DNA of 64,000 bases from a virus (lineage: Duplodnaviria > Caudoviricetes): IMG/VR virus record IMGVR_UViG_3300032138_000007, positions 29,245 to 93,244 of that record; one strand, 5' to 3'. Shown one piece after another: positions 1 through 8,667 of the stretch. Both the position numbers and the translations under genes were made by a program. The notes beneath the pieces are model-generated. The model was not told the DNA's origin. It did no database searches and saw only the letters and a program-made list of their open reading frames with translations. The stretch's first letter is position 1; each line of letters opens with the position of its first letter.

Positions 1-2757
1 CATCTTCCAATGTTTGTTCAAGATGATGATGAAAATAACGTATTCTTAAAATTTGTAGATATGATTGGTCATCATTTTGATGATATGTGGATATTCATTA
101 AAAGTATGACAGATGTTCATGATAAACGAGATAAATTAACAGAAGGTATAGCAAAAGATTTATTAAAACCAGTAGCACAATCACTTGGTTGGGAAGTTCA
201 TGATGGAAAAGATTTAATATCACTTCCAAGATATATGTTTGGAATGGAACAAACTGGTTCTGAAACTCCTTGGGAATATTCTGGTACTCCTGAACGAGAT
301 ATATCAAGAGAAATTTGGAGTCGTATTATAAACAATATGCCTTATTTCTTAAAAACTAAAGGAACAGTAAGATCACTTAAAGGATTAATAAGTTGTTATG
401 GTATACCATCGAGTATATTACGAGTTATAGAATATGGGGGACCTAAACTATCTGGACAAACACAAGAATATTTCTTAACACGAAAATTTACAAAGGCCTT
501 AAATTTTAAAGGATCAACAAATAATACTTATGTTCAAAATGATACTTGGGAAGCGGTTACACTTGGAGATGCCCCAACAAGTAGACATCCAGATACAGTA
601 GAATTTAGATTTAGAGCGGCAAGTGGTTCGAATCAAGTATTAGTAAGACGAGGTGATGATTGGGCAATTAGATTAAAAGATAATGATGCATCAGATAATC
701 GTGGTTATGTATCTTTTATGTTGTCTGGTTCTGATGGAGAATATAAGGAAGTATCATCTTCTGAATTTCCTGTATATGATAATGAATTTTGGTCTGTAAT
801 GTTGACAAGAACCATGAGTGGTTCATTAAAAAGTTTTGTATCAAGTGATGCATCTAATTTAGATGTTGATTATACTTTATATACTAAGAAGTATGATGCT
901 GGTAGAAGTAAAATTATATATGAATCTCAAAATACTTTGACAATAAGTGGTTCATTTGCAGCATCAGCTTCATATAATTCATCATATACAGGAAGTTCGG
1001 ATACAATTACATTAGGTGGTCCTGAACATGCAACCTTTGGAGAATCATTAAGTGGTTCTATGATGGAATATAGAAATTGGACAACACCACTCAATGTAAC
1101 TTCATTTGATAATCATGTAGCAGCTCCAATAGCATTTGATGGTAATACACCATCTGCATCTTATTTAGATTTAGTTACTCGATATTCATTTGACGATGAT
1201 AAAGATTTAAGTGTTTCTTATAATCAATGGTTTCGAGATGCGTCAGCAGATCAATCTTTTACATCATCAGCCGTTCCGCACAATTATACAAGTGTAATGG
1301 GTGATCATTTTTCATCCGTAGTAGATGAAACAAAGATGAAAGTTCCAAATTTGGGACCAAGTGGTAGGTCATCAAGAAAAGTAAGAATTGAAGCAGATGA
1401 ACTAATTGACAAAGTTGGTAGTCCAGCATTACAATTTGGAAAAAGTATAACAGTACCTGCCTATGATAAAGCTCCAATAGATTCCAATAAACTTGGTATA
1501 TTTTTCTCACCATCTGCAGCAATAGATGAAGATATTATATTATCAATGCCTAATCTTGATTTTGACCAATTCATTGGTGATCCTCGTGACCAATATAAAG
1601 AACAATATACGGGATTAGTAGAGGCTAGAAATTTATATTGGCAAAAATATTCAGGACCTAATAATTTTTGGGATTATTTGAGATTGATAAAATATTATGA
1701 TAGTTCTTTGTATAGACAATTAAAATCATTAGTTCCTGCACGTGCAAATGCAACTATTGGTATATTAATTGAACCTACTATTCTTGAACGAGATAAGATT
1801 ATAACAGGAAAAGAACCTACTGCTACTCCCCACCATCATTTTTCAGAAATTGATATTCATACTACTTATGTTTCTGAAAGTGCAGAATATCAAGTATATG
1901 AAGATAGGGTGAATTGGTCATCACCATTTGGTATTGATAAACATAAAATGGAAACTGGTTCATATATTTCATCATCTGCACAATTTGATACTTTTGAGGC
2001 AGATTTAACTTTTACTGATCCATTTAGAGTTAATTTTTATACTATGGAGAGTGGCTCGAGTGAACAGTATGGATCGGGTGCACATAAATCTGGAAGTGGA
2101 AAATTTGGTTTTGTATCAGCATCAGCCACCGATATAACTCCGTGGGGACTTGAAACAATGCCTTTAAATTTTTATGATCCACATAGATTGAATAATAGAA
2201 CACAAGATAGTGGTTCTGGTGTAGCTATAACAGCAGCTTTTTCTTCATATGAGGCACCGAGTGATACAATAAGTGCAAATGCATCAGGAACGGGTTCATT
2301 TGTAATTAAACATATTTTAGAAAGACCAGCATTATATAATATTGGTGATATAGATACAAGTGGGTGGTATGGTCAAGATTATTATAATTCAACTATACAA
2401 GCAGGAAGTGTTAAAACTATATTTGAAGAAGTAGTTCAACCACGAATAGAAACAAATATAATGTCACAATTTAATGATGAAATAGAGTATTATTATTCAT
2501 CTTCATTAAGTGCTTCAATGCATAAAGCCTACTCATCAAGTTTTGTTCGTAGTGATTTGGATAGTAGATGGGATGAGGCAATAGGAACAGATAGATTATT
2601 TTATACAGGATGTGTTCAAACTGATAGTTCTACAGTAACAGATCCAGAAGAAAGGTGGTTAGATGATACACCCGCAGTAGATATAACTATAGTATCACCT
2701 ACAAAATTAGTAACAACTGATAAAACCACTACTAAGATGGATGTAAAGAATAAATAA
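1..2757 (+). CDS. Large virion structural protein, baseplate wedge-like with LamG-like region (5'-truncated by window edge)
   Basis: Frame is open from base 1 (HLPMF...). KTKGT..SLKGLISCYGIP resembles baseplate wedge/tail gpI-like segments; TVEFRF...FWSVML...GSMMEYRNW resembles a concanavalin/LamG fold; rich in SGS/SAS motifs. Confidence 0.6.
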   Translation, partial: HLPMFVQDDDENNVFLKFVDMIGHHFDDMWIFIKSMTDVHDKRDKLTEGIAKDLLKPVAQSLGWEVHDGKDLISLPRYMFGMEQTGSETPWEYSGTPERDISREIWSRIINNMPYFLKTKGTVRSLKGLISCYGIPSSILRVIEYGGPKLSGQTQEYFLTRKFTKALNFKGSTNNTYVQNDTWEAVTLGDAPTSRHPDTVEFRFRAASGSNQVLVRRGDDWAIRLKDNDASDNRGYVSFMLSGSDGEYKEVSSSEFPVYDNEFWSVMLTRTMSGSLKSFVSSDASNLDVDYTLYTKKYDAGRSKIIYESQNTLTISGSFAASASYNSSYTGSSDTITLGGPEHATFGESLSGSMMEYRNWTTPLNVTSFDNHVAAPIAFDGNTPSASYLDLVTRYSFDDDKDLSVSYNQWFRDASADQSFTSSAVPHNYTSVMGDHFSSVVDETKMKVPNLGPSGRSSRKVRIEADELIDKVGSPALQFGKSITVPAYDKAPIDSNKLGIFFSPSAAIDEDIILSMPNLDFDQFIGDPRDQYKEQYTGLVEARNLYWQKYSGPNNFWDYLRLIKYYDSSLYRQLKSLVPARANATIGILIEPTILERDKIITGKEPTATPHHHFSEIDIHTTYVSESAEYQVYEDRVNWSSPFGIDKHKMETGSYISSSAQFDTFEADLTFTDPFRVNFYTMESGSSEQYGSGAHKSGSGKFGFVSASATDITPWGLETMPLNFYDPHRLNNRTQDSGSGVAITAAFSSYEAPSDTISANASGTGSFVIKHILERPALYNIGDIDTSGWYGQDYYNSTIQAGSVKTIFEEVVQPRIETNIMSQFNDEIEYYYSSSLSASMHKAYSSSFVRSDLDSRWDEAIGTDRLFYTGCVQTDSSTVTDPEERWLDDTPAVDITIVSPTKLVTTDKTTTKMDVKNK

Positions 2758-2778
2758 TGATAAAAACTTAAAAGGATT

Positions 2779-2786
2779 ATATTTAT
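2779..2786 (+). promoter_or_regulatory. ATATTTAT putative phage promoter motif
   Basis: Same 8-mer recurs in most intergenic gaps upstream of gene blocks. Confidence 0.6.
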
Positions 2787-2857
2787 AAGAGAAGAATAAT
2801 AAGTTATATTATATCGAATCTTATAATTAAATAAATCCGTATATAGGAGAAAAACAA

Positions 2858-3730
2858 ATGGGATATTTAAATAATTCAACCAGAATATTAGACGCTATTT
2901 TGACAAAGAAAGGTCGTGAAATTTTGTCAAGTGGTGGAGATTTTGAAGTCACTAAATTCGCACTTGGTGACGATGAGGTTGATTACGCACTATGGGATAC
3001 AACCCATACACAAGGAACGGATTATTATGGTGCAGTGATTGATAATCTACCAGCACTTGAACCGTTTAATGATCCTTCAGAAATTATGAAGTATAAACTT
3101 GTGACAAGACAAGAAGGAACTTCAGCGATGGTTAAATTAAATAATTATACTAATCCTGGAACTAATACAATAACTTTAAATTGGTATAGTGATATTACTT
3201 CAAATTCTGGAATATCAGTTAATCCAAGTTCACCAGATCCAGATAATCCAAATCCACCAGAAAATCCAACTAATGCAGTTAGTTTACTTGGTGGGGGTGA
3301 TAATGCATCTCAAACTTTACATATTTCACGGGCACAAAATAGTACAGATGATGGATATGGAAATTTAGATTTTGATAGTTTGGAACAGGAACCCTATACT
3401 GTAACGGTATTGGATTCAAGTGTTGCAATTTTAGCACCTGAACCATCTGGTGGTCAAATTGATAGAGAGGGTGATATTCAAGTATTAACTCCACAAGATT
3501 TATTGTGGGTCCCCTTTGTTGATAATGTACAACATATATCACAAACACTTAAAGGATGTAGCCAAAGTGATGCGGAAGTTGGACTTAGATTTCCGTTTTC
3601 GAGTGGTCAAAAAGGATTAAGACTTTATCCTAAAAAAATATCATCTTCCACAGAAACTTCAGTTATAGTAACTGGGGATTTATCAGGAGCAGTATTAGAA
3701 TTTAACGTAACAGTTACATATAATTCATAA
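2858..3730 (+). CDS. Structural protein, paralog family A (tail-collar/fibre-attachment N-terminal-like motif)
   Basis: MGYLN..DAILTKKGRE..VTKFALGDDEVDY shared with 3746, 4447, 5124; AGGAG RBS. Confidence 0.65.
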   Translation: MGYLNNSTRILDAILTKKGREILSSGGDFEVTKFALGDDEVDYALWDTTHTQGTDYYGAVIDNLPALEPFNDPSEIMKYKLVTRQEGTSAMVKLNNYTNPGTNTITLNWYSDITSNSGISVNPSSPDPDNPNPPENPTNAVSLLGGGDNASQTLHISRAQNSTDDGYGNLDFDSLEQEPYTVTVLDSSVAILAPEPSGGQIDREGDIQVLTPQDLLWVPFVDNVQHISQTLKGCSQSDAEVGLRFPFSSGQKGLRLYPKKISSSTETSVIVTGDLSGAVLEFNVTVTYNS

Positions 3731-3745
3731 GTAATAAGGTAAATA

Positions 3746-4435
3746 ATGGGATTTATAAATAATACTTCATATATTTTAAATGCAGTATTAACCAAAAAGG
3801 GTAAACAATATCTTGCAAAAAGTGATGGGAGTTTTAATATAACAAAATTCGCATTATCAGATGATGAGATAGATTATACTTTATGGGATATTGCACATCC
3901 AAAAGGGACTGATTATTATGGTGCTGTATTAGAATCTACACCAATGTTAGAACCATGTGTTGATCCTGAAGTTGTGATGAAATATAAATTAATTAATATG
4001 CCAGTAGGAACTAAGGCATTACCATATATTGGAAATATGACACCAACTTCGTTTCTTGGTTCAAATTCACTTAATTCTTCTCTTGTTGGTAATCCACCAA
4101 ATTGGGCGTTTAATACTGTTGTTCTTTCACCAGAGACACATGGTGCAAGCGAAGCTTTTTTAAATGAAGATTATAGTTTTTTAGTATTAAATAGAAATGT
4201 AGTTGATATAGGAATCGGTGAAGGAAGTACGGTAGATTATGATGTAGGTGCTGTATATAACGAAGAATCTGGTAGATTGAGTAAAAAAGTAGTTTCAAGA
4301 GTAGCAACTTTTAAAACAGGAATTGGTACGGTTGCAACATCAAGAGAAACATCAATTATTATAACTGGTCAAATGTCAGGAGCAATCTATGTTTTACCAA
4401 TAAAAGTTGATTATTTGGATAACACACCACAATAA
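3746..4435 (+). CDS. Structural protein, paralog family A
   Basis: NAVLTKKGK..ITKFALSDDEIDY; C-terminal TSIIITGQMSGA matches TSVIVTGDLSGA of 2858. Confidence 0.65.
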   Translation: MGFINNTSYILNAVLTKKGKQYLAKSDGSFNITKFALSDDEIDYTLWDIAHPKGTDYYGAVLESTPMLEPCVDPEVVMKYKLINMPVGTKALPYIGNMTPTSFLGSNSLNSSLVGNPPNWAFNTVVLSPETHGASEAFLNEDYSFLVLNRNVVDIGIGEGSTVDYDVGAVYNEESGRLSKKVVSRVATFKTGIGTVATSRETSIIITGQMSGAIYVLPIKVDYLDNTPQ

Positions 4436-4446
4436 AGAGATAAATT

Positions 4447-4836
4447 ATGGGATTTATAAATAAAGATACATTAACTATAGATGCGATACTTACAAACAAA
4501 GGTAGAGATTATTTAAGAAAAGCAGTATTTGGTGAAAACCAAAATGGAGAACACGTTATTACAAAATTTGCATTATCGGATGATGAGATAGATTATTCTT
4601 TGTGGGATGTAACACCGAGTGGTTCAAATTTTGTAAAACCATATGGTCAAGTGATTGATAACCAACCACTAACTGAACCCAATGTTAATTGGAAAACTCC
4701 AACTGATAGTGAAATTATGAGACATTTTATATTTAAACATAAAATTGGTGAGACAAATGAGGGTAATACCGATTCTTCTACTCCACCACCACCATCAGGT
4801 CCAATGGGTCCAAATAGTTCAAATGGAGTGATATAA
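4447..4836 (+). CDS. Structural protein, paralog family A (N-domain only, Pro-rich tail)
   Basis: DAILTNKGRD..ITKFALSDDEIDY; lacks the C-terminal domain. Confidence 0.65.
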   Translation: MGFINKDTLTIDAILTNKGRDYLRKAVFGENQNGEHVITKFALSDDEIDYSLWDVTPSGSNFVKPYGQVIDNQPLTEPNVNWKTPTDSEIMRHFIFKHKIGETNEGNTDSSTPPPPSGPMGPNSSNGVI

Positions 4837-5114
4837 TGATATTACAACATACTCAAACAGGACAAGATGGAATAGGACAAAAGAAAGTTTTATCTGGATT
4901 ATATTCAGTTCGATTAAAAGCTAAAAAAGTTTTATCAGTAAAAAATACTACTTTAAAGATTGAAGGAGAATCAAGTGGGGCAAGTTGGACAATTGGAGTA
5001 GTAGTTAATAGTGGAGATACAGTTTTAGAGTATTATCCACCACCAGTAAATCCAAATCCACCAAGTGGACCAGTAGCAGCATTTAGTTGGGTACTTGACG
5101 AATTACAGGCATAA
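4836..5114 (+). CDS. Small protein matching the last strands of the family A C-terminal domain
   Basis: TTLKIEGESSGASWTIGVVV aligns with TSIIITGQMSGAIYVLPIKV; TAATG coupling to the upstream gene. Confidence 0.6.
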   Translation: MILQHTQTGQDGIGQKKVLSGLYSVRLKAKKVLSVKNTTLKIEGESSGASWTIGVVVNSGDTVLEYYPPPVNPNPPSGPVAAFSWVLDELQA

Positions 5115-5123
5115 GATAAATAT

Positions 5124-5696
5124 ATGGGATATTTAGATAAAACGACACAAACTGTAACAGCACATTTTACCAAAAGAGGTAGAGAACTTTTAGCGGACGC
5201 TTTGGCAGGTAATACAAGTGGTGATTATATAATTACACAATTTGCACTTGGAGATGATGAGGTTGATTATTCTTTATACGATGAAAGTTTATCACCTAAT
5301 TTACGAGGTAAAGTTATTGAGAATATGCCACTTCTTGAGTCTTTTATTAACGAAGAAGAACTTATGAATTATTTTTTAAAAGATGCTCCTCCTGTAATGT
5401 TACAAAGTCAGTTATCAAATATACCTGCACAGATTACATTGGAAGGACTTGGAGATGTAATTGATATAAGTCCAATAACAGAAAATTTTACTTTTTTTAA
5501 CGAAGAAACACAAGAGAATCAAGATTGGGAAACATATACTTTTACTCTTGGTCATGATAATATGGTGGAAATGTATGATATAAATAATCCGCCTACAGCA
5601 GAATTTACATATGAAATAGATGTTCAAGGTTCTCCACCAGAAGGTACACCACCAAATGCAAATTTTAATTATCAAAATACAAATTTAATATTTTAA
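5124..5696 (+). CDS. Structural protein, paralog family A, ending in two P-x-A-x-F-x-Y peptides
   Basis: TAHFTKRGRELLA..ITQFALGDDEVDY; PTAEFTY and PNANFNY near the C-terminus. Confidence 0.65.
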   Translation: MGYLDKTTQTVTAHFTKRGRELLADALAGNTSGDYIITQFALGDDEVDYSLYDESLSPNLRGKVIENMPLLESFINEEELMNYFLKDAPPVMLQSQLSNIPAQITLEGLGDVIDISPITENFTFFNEETQENQDWETYTFTLGHDNMVEMYDINNPPTAEFTYEIDVQGSPPEGTPPNANFNYQNTNLIF

Positions 5697-5708
5697 AGGA
5701 GATATAAA

Positions 5709-6086
5709 ATGCCATTACCAACAATGAATTACGCACCATTGACAATCAGTTTTACTGATACATCTGCAGGTGATGGGCTGGCGTATTTGTGGGATTTCGG
5801 AGATGGTTCAACTTCAACGTTACGAAACCCAACACATACATTTCAAGCGGGAGCTTGGAGTGTTACTTTAACTGTAGAAAATGAAAATGGTTCAGACCAA
5901 ACTTCTGCAACAATAGTTGCTATACCACAAGGTGCAGGTGGTGGAAACGGAAAAGGTGGGAATGGTAAAGGTGGAAACGGAAAAGGTGGAAATGGTAAAG
6001 GTGGAAACGGAAAAGGTGGGAATGGTAAAGGTGGAAATGGTAAAGGTGGAAATGGTAAAGGTGGAAACGGAAAAGGGGGATTTTAA
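5709..6086 (+). CDS. PKD-domain protein with (GGNGK)9 tail
   Basis: APLTISFTDTS..YLWDFGDGSTST..NPTHTF..VTLTV is the PKD signature; AGGAG RBS. Confidence 0.85.
   Translation: MPLPTMNYAPLTISFTDTSAGDGLAYLWDFGDGSTSTLRNPTHTFQAGAWSVTLTVENENGSDQTSATIVAIPQGAGGGNGKGGNGKGGNGKGGNGKGGNGKGGNGKGGNGKGGNGKGGNGKGGF
5940..6074 (+). repeat. Nine 15-bp coding tandem repeats encoding GGNGK
   Basis: Units ggtggaaacggaaaa / ggtgggaatggtaaa / ggtggaaatggtaaa; 135 nt, synonymous variation only. Confidence 0.95.
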
Positions 6087-6508
6087 TCGAACCCAAAGCA
6101 AATTTTACTTTTGAACAACCATATAAACCAAATTTATCATCTAATAAGAATATTAAAAATAAGTTATTTAGTAGTGATAAAATAGAAGTTAAAAAATCCA
6201 CTTTGGAAGGATATGGAGTTTTTGCAAAAGAAGATATTAAAAGTGGAGAAGTATTAGAGGAATGTCATTATATAGAAGTTGGTAGTGACGGTGATGTTGA
6301 TAGATATAAATTTAATTGGCCAAGAGGAACAGAAAACCCTGAAAAAGTTGTGTTACCACTTGGATTTGGAAGTATTTACAATACAGTTATTAATGAAGAT
6401 GAAAAGACTGTAGATTGGAAAACTGATTTAAATAATGATATTTTTATATTTTATACTATAAAAAATATAAAAAAAGATGAGGAAATGTTAACGTATTATG
6501 ATTATTGA
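6086..6508 (+). CDS. SET-domain protein (putative lysine methyltransferase); start probably upstream of the listed TTG at 6203
   Basis: KIEVKKSTLEGYGVFAKEDIKSGE...IKNIKKDEEMLTYY is a SET fold; frame open from 6059; ATC at 6086 follows AGGGGGA. Start codon uncertain. Confidence 0.75.
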   Translation: MEPKANFTFEQPYKPNLSSNKNIKNKLFSSDKIEVKKSTLEGYGVFAKEDIKSGEVLEECHYIEVGSDGDVDRYKFNWPRGTENPEKVVLPLGFGSIYNTVINEDEKTVDWKTDLNNDIFIFYTIKNIKKDEEMLTYYDY

Positions 6509-6527
6509 TACAAAATTAAAGGAATGT

Positions 6528-6535
6528 ATATTTAT
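6528..6535 (+). promoter_or_regulatory. ATATTTAT putative phage promoter motif
   Basis: Intergenic copy upstream of the 6554 RBS. Confidence 0.6.
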
Positions 6536-6553
6536 ACATATAGGAGATAAATA

Positions 6554-7606
6554 ATGAGTAGTGAAACAAGTTTTTTCACCACGTTAAGTGGTGAAGATAA
6601 AAGAACTAATATACCGAGTACTATATCTTCTCCAGTATGGACGGGAGGAACAGCAACGCTAACTTCCTTCTATTCTGGATCTACACAAAGTGGTAGTAGT
6701 GGAAATTATTATTATGATGTGTTTGATAAAGTTGGAAGTGATACTACACGGGTTGTTCAATTCGCAGTAGCTTATGGCCATTACGATGGAAGTGGTTCGT
6801 TATCTACTTCTGCGGGAAATAATCCATCTAAGGCAGTATATCGTCAGTTTAGAAATGTATGTATTAGGAATGCTGGAAGTACAGATAAATTTAAATTTCC
6901 TGAAACTAATTCAACTGAATTTAAAGATGTTTATGTAATAAATGTAAACAGAGCACGATATAGAGAAAAGATAGATCCAGGCAATTGGGAACTTCATTTG
7001 AGTGGAAGTTCACCAACCGCACCAAACCATCCAATAAAATTAATTGACGATAGTGGAGCAACTTCAGATTCATCTGTAAAAGCATCACAGAGAGTTTTTA
7101 ATATAGTGAGTGGTTCAATTGGAACAGGGGCAACGGATATAAATACACAAGCTTCAGCAGAACCTATAGCATCTGGTTCATATGGATTGTTTTATCCTGA
7201 GTTAGGACTTATAATATTAAATGCAACTCGATTAGATATAGCATCTGATTTAAATCTTGGTACATCTGAAACTGCTAATACAAATATGAATAACTCATTG
7301 AAGTTATTTCGGGCAATACAAAGTGGTAGTAAATTTCAAGCACGTAGAGAAGAACAGATAAAATCATCTCACTTTTTCTGTAGGGTAAAATCTGATGAAT
7401 ATAATTTTAGTCAGAATCCAACCTACTTTCAAGGTACAAATGCAGAATTAACTAATACTACTTTTATTACTGATCCTAAGGCATATATAACTACAGTTGG
7501 TCTTTATAATGAACAAAATGAGTTATTGGCAGTTGCAAAGTTAAGTCAACCTTTATTGAAATCGAGAGATAGAGAAGCGGTAATTAAAGTACGATTAGAC
7601 TTTTAG
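6554..7606 (+). CDS. Structural protein, paralog family B
   Basis: NRARYREKIDPGNWELHL and C-terminal YITTVGLYNEQNELLAVAKLSQP..IKVRLDF shared with the next two genes. Confidence 0.65.
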   Translation: MSSETSFFTTLSGEDKRTNIPSTISSPVWTGGTATLTSFYSGSTQSGSSGNYYYDVFDKVGSDTTRVVQFAVAYGHYDGSGSLSTSAGNNPSKAVYRQFRNVCIRNAGSTDKFKFPETNSTEFKDVYVINVNRARYREKIDPGNWELHLSGSSPTAPNHPIKLIDDSGATSDSSVKASQRVFNIVSGSIGTGATDINTQASAEPIASGSYGLFYPELGLIILNATRLDIASDLNLGTSETANTNMNNSLKLFRAIQSGSKFQARREEQIKSSHFFCRVKSDEYNFSQNPTYFQGTNAELTNTTFITDPKAYITTVGLYNEQNELLAVAKLSQPLLKSRDREAVIKVRLDF

Positions 7607-7621
7607 GAAAGGAGATAATAA

Positions 7622-8656
7622 ATGTCTTTTAAAGTCTTTAATCCAAAAGAAAAAGTCGAGAATTTATATAGTACCGTTTCTGAACCTATGTGGTCTGATG
7701 ATTCAGGAACTTTGACTACATTTTTTACTGGATCTGTGCAGAACTCTAATAGTGGTAAATACTATAATGATATATATAAAACTACCGACCAAACCTTAGA
7801 TGTTCAGTTTGCAGTAACATATGGTCATATGCTCGGTTCTGGATCTGAAGGTTCAACAGCGACAGGAACAACAAATCCAACCAAAGGAATATATTCTCAA
7901 TTAAGACAGGTTTTATTACCTGCTCAAACTACTCGGTTTAATTTTAATGGTGGTGGAACTGGAAGTTATGCAAGTGATGATGTTTATGCAATAGCTGTAA
8001 ATAGAGCACGATATAGAGAAAAGATGGATCCAGGAAACTGGGAATTACACTTAACAAGTGGAAGTAACACCATTAATTTAATTGATGATAGTGAAGCAAA
8101 TACAAATCCACTACTTGGAAATGCAAAACGAGAGTTTAATGTAGTTAGTGGTTCAGTAGCAAATGGAGTTTATAGAACTGCAACTTCCGAAGCAACAGCT
8201 ACCAGTTCTGGTTCGTTGGGTTTATTTTATCCTGAACAGGGAATGATTATTTTAAATCCAAACGCTTTAGATTCTGGACCAGATTTTTCATCTTTTGGAT
8301 ATATACAAGCAGTTGTAACAAGTTCTGCTACTAACAATTACAATCATAGAAAATTATTTCATTCTATAAAGAGTGGTTCTTATTTTGCAGCACGGAGAGA
8401 AGAACAAAAACGTAGTTCGTTTTATTTTTGTAATATACTTGGTAGAGAGTTTAATCACAGTCAAAATCCTTCATTTTTTACTGGGTCACATGCAGTTTTA
8501 ACTCATAATTCATTTATCACAGAACCTAGCACTTATCTAACAACCGTTGGTCTTTATAATGATAATAATGAATTATTGGCAGTGGCTAAATTATCTAAAC
8601 CATTCAAAAAAGATCCAAATACTGAAGCACTTATCAAAGTAAGACTTGATTATTAA
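7622..8656 (+). CDS. Structural protein, paralog family B
   Basis: Colinear paralog of 6554-7606 (QFAV.YGH..GSGS, NRARYREK.DPGNWELHL, GLFYPE.G). Confidence 0.65.
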   Translation: MSFKVFNPKEKVENLYSTVSEPMWSDDSGTLTTFFTGSVQNSNSGKYYNDIYKTTDQTLDVQFAVTYGHMLGSGSEGSTATGTTNPTKGIYSQLRQVLLPAQTTRFNFNGGGTGSYASDDVYAIAVNRARYREKMDPGNWELHLTSGSNTINLIDDSEANTNPLLGNAKREFNVVSGSVANGVYRTATSEATATSSGSLGLFYPEQGMIILNPNALDSGPDFSSFGYIQAVVTSSATNNYNHRKLFHSIKSGSYFAARREEQKRSSFYFCNILGREFNHSQNPSFFTGSHAVLTHNSFITEPSTYLTTVGLYNDNNELLAVAKLSKPFKKDPNTEALIKVRLDY

Positions 8657-8667
8657 AGGAGATTCCC

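Noticed and set aside
5940-6074. Tandem repeat as a CRISPR array or non-coding VNTR
   Set aside because: No spacers; in-frame 15-mers with only synonymous variation
5892-6201. Alternative-frame ORFs over the repeat (VETEK, FHLYH, STFTI repeats)
   Set aside because: Shadows of the GGNGK repeat with no RBS
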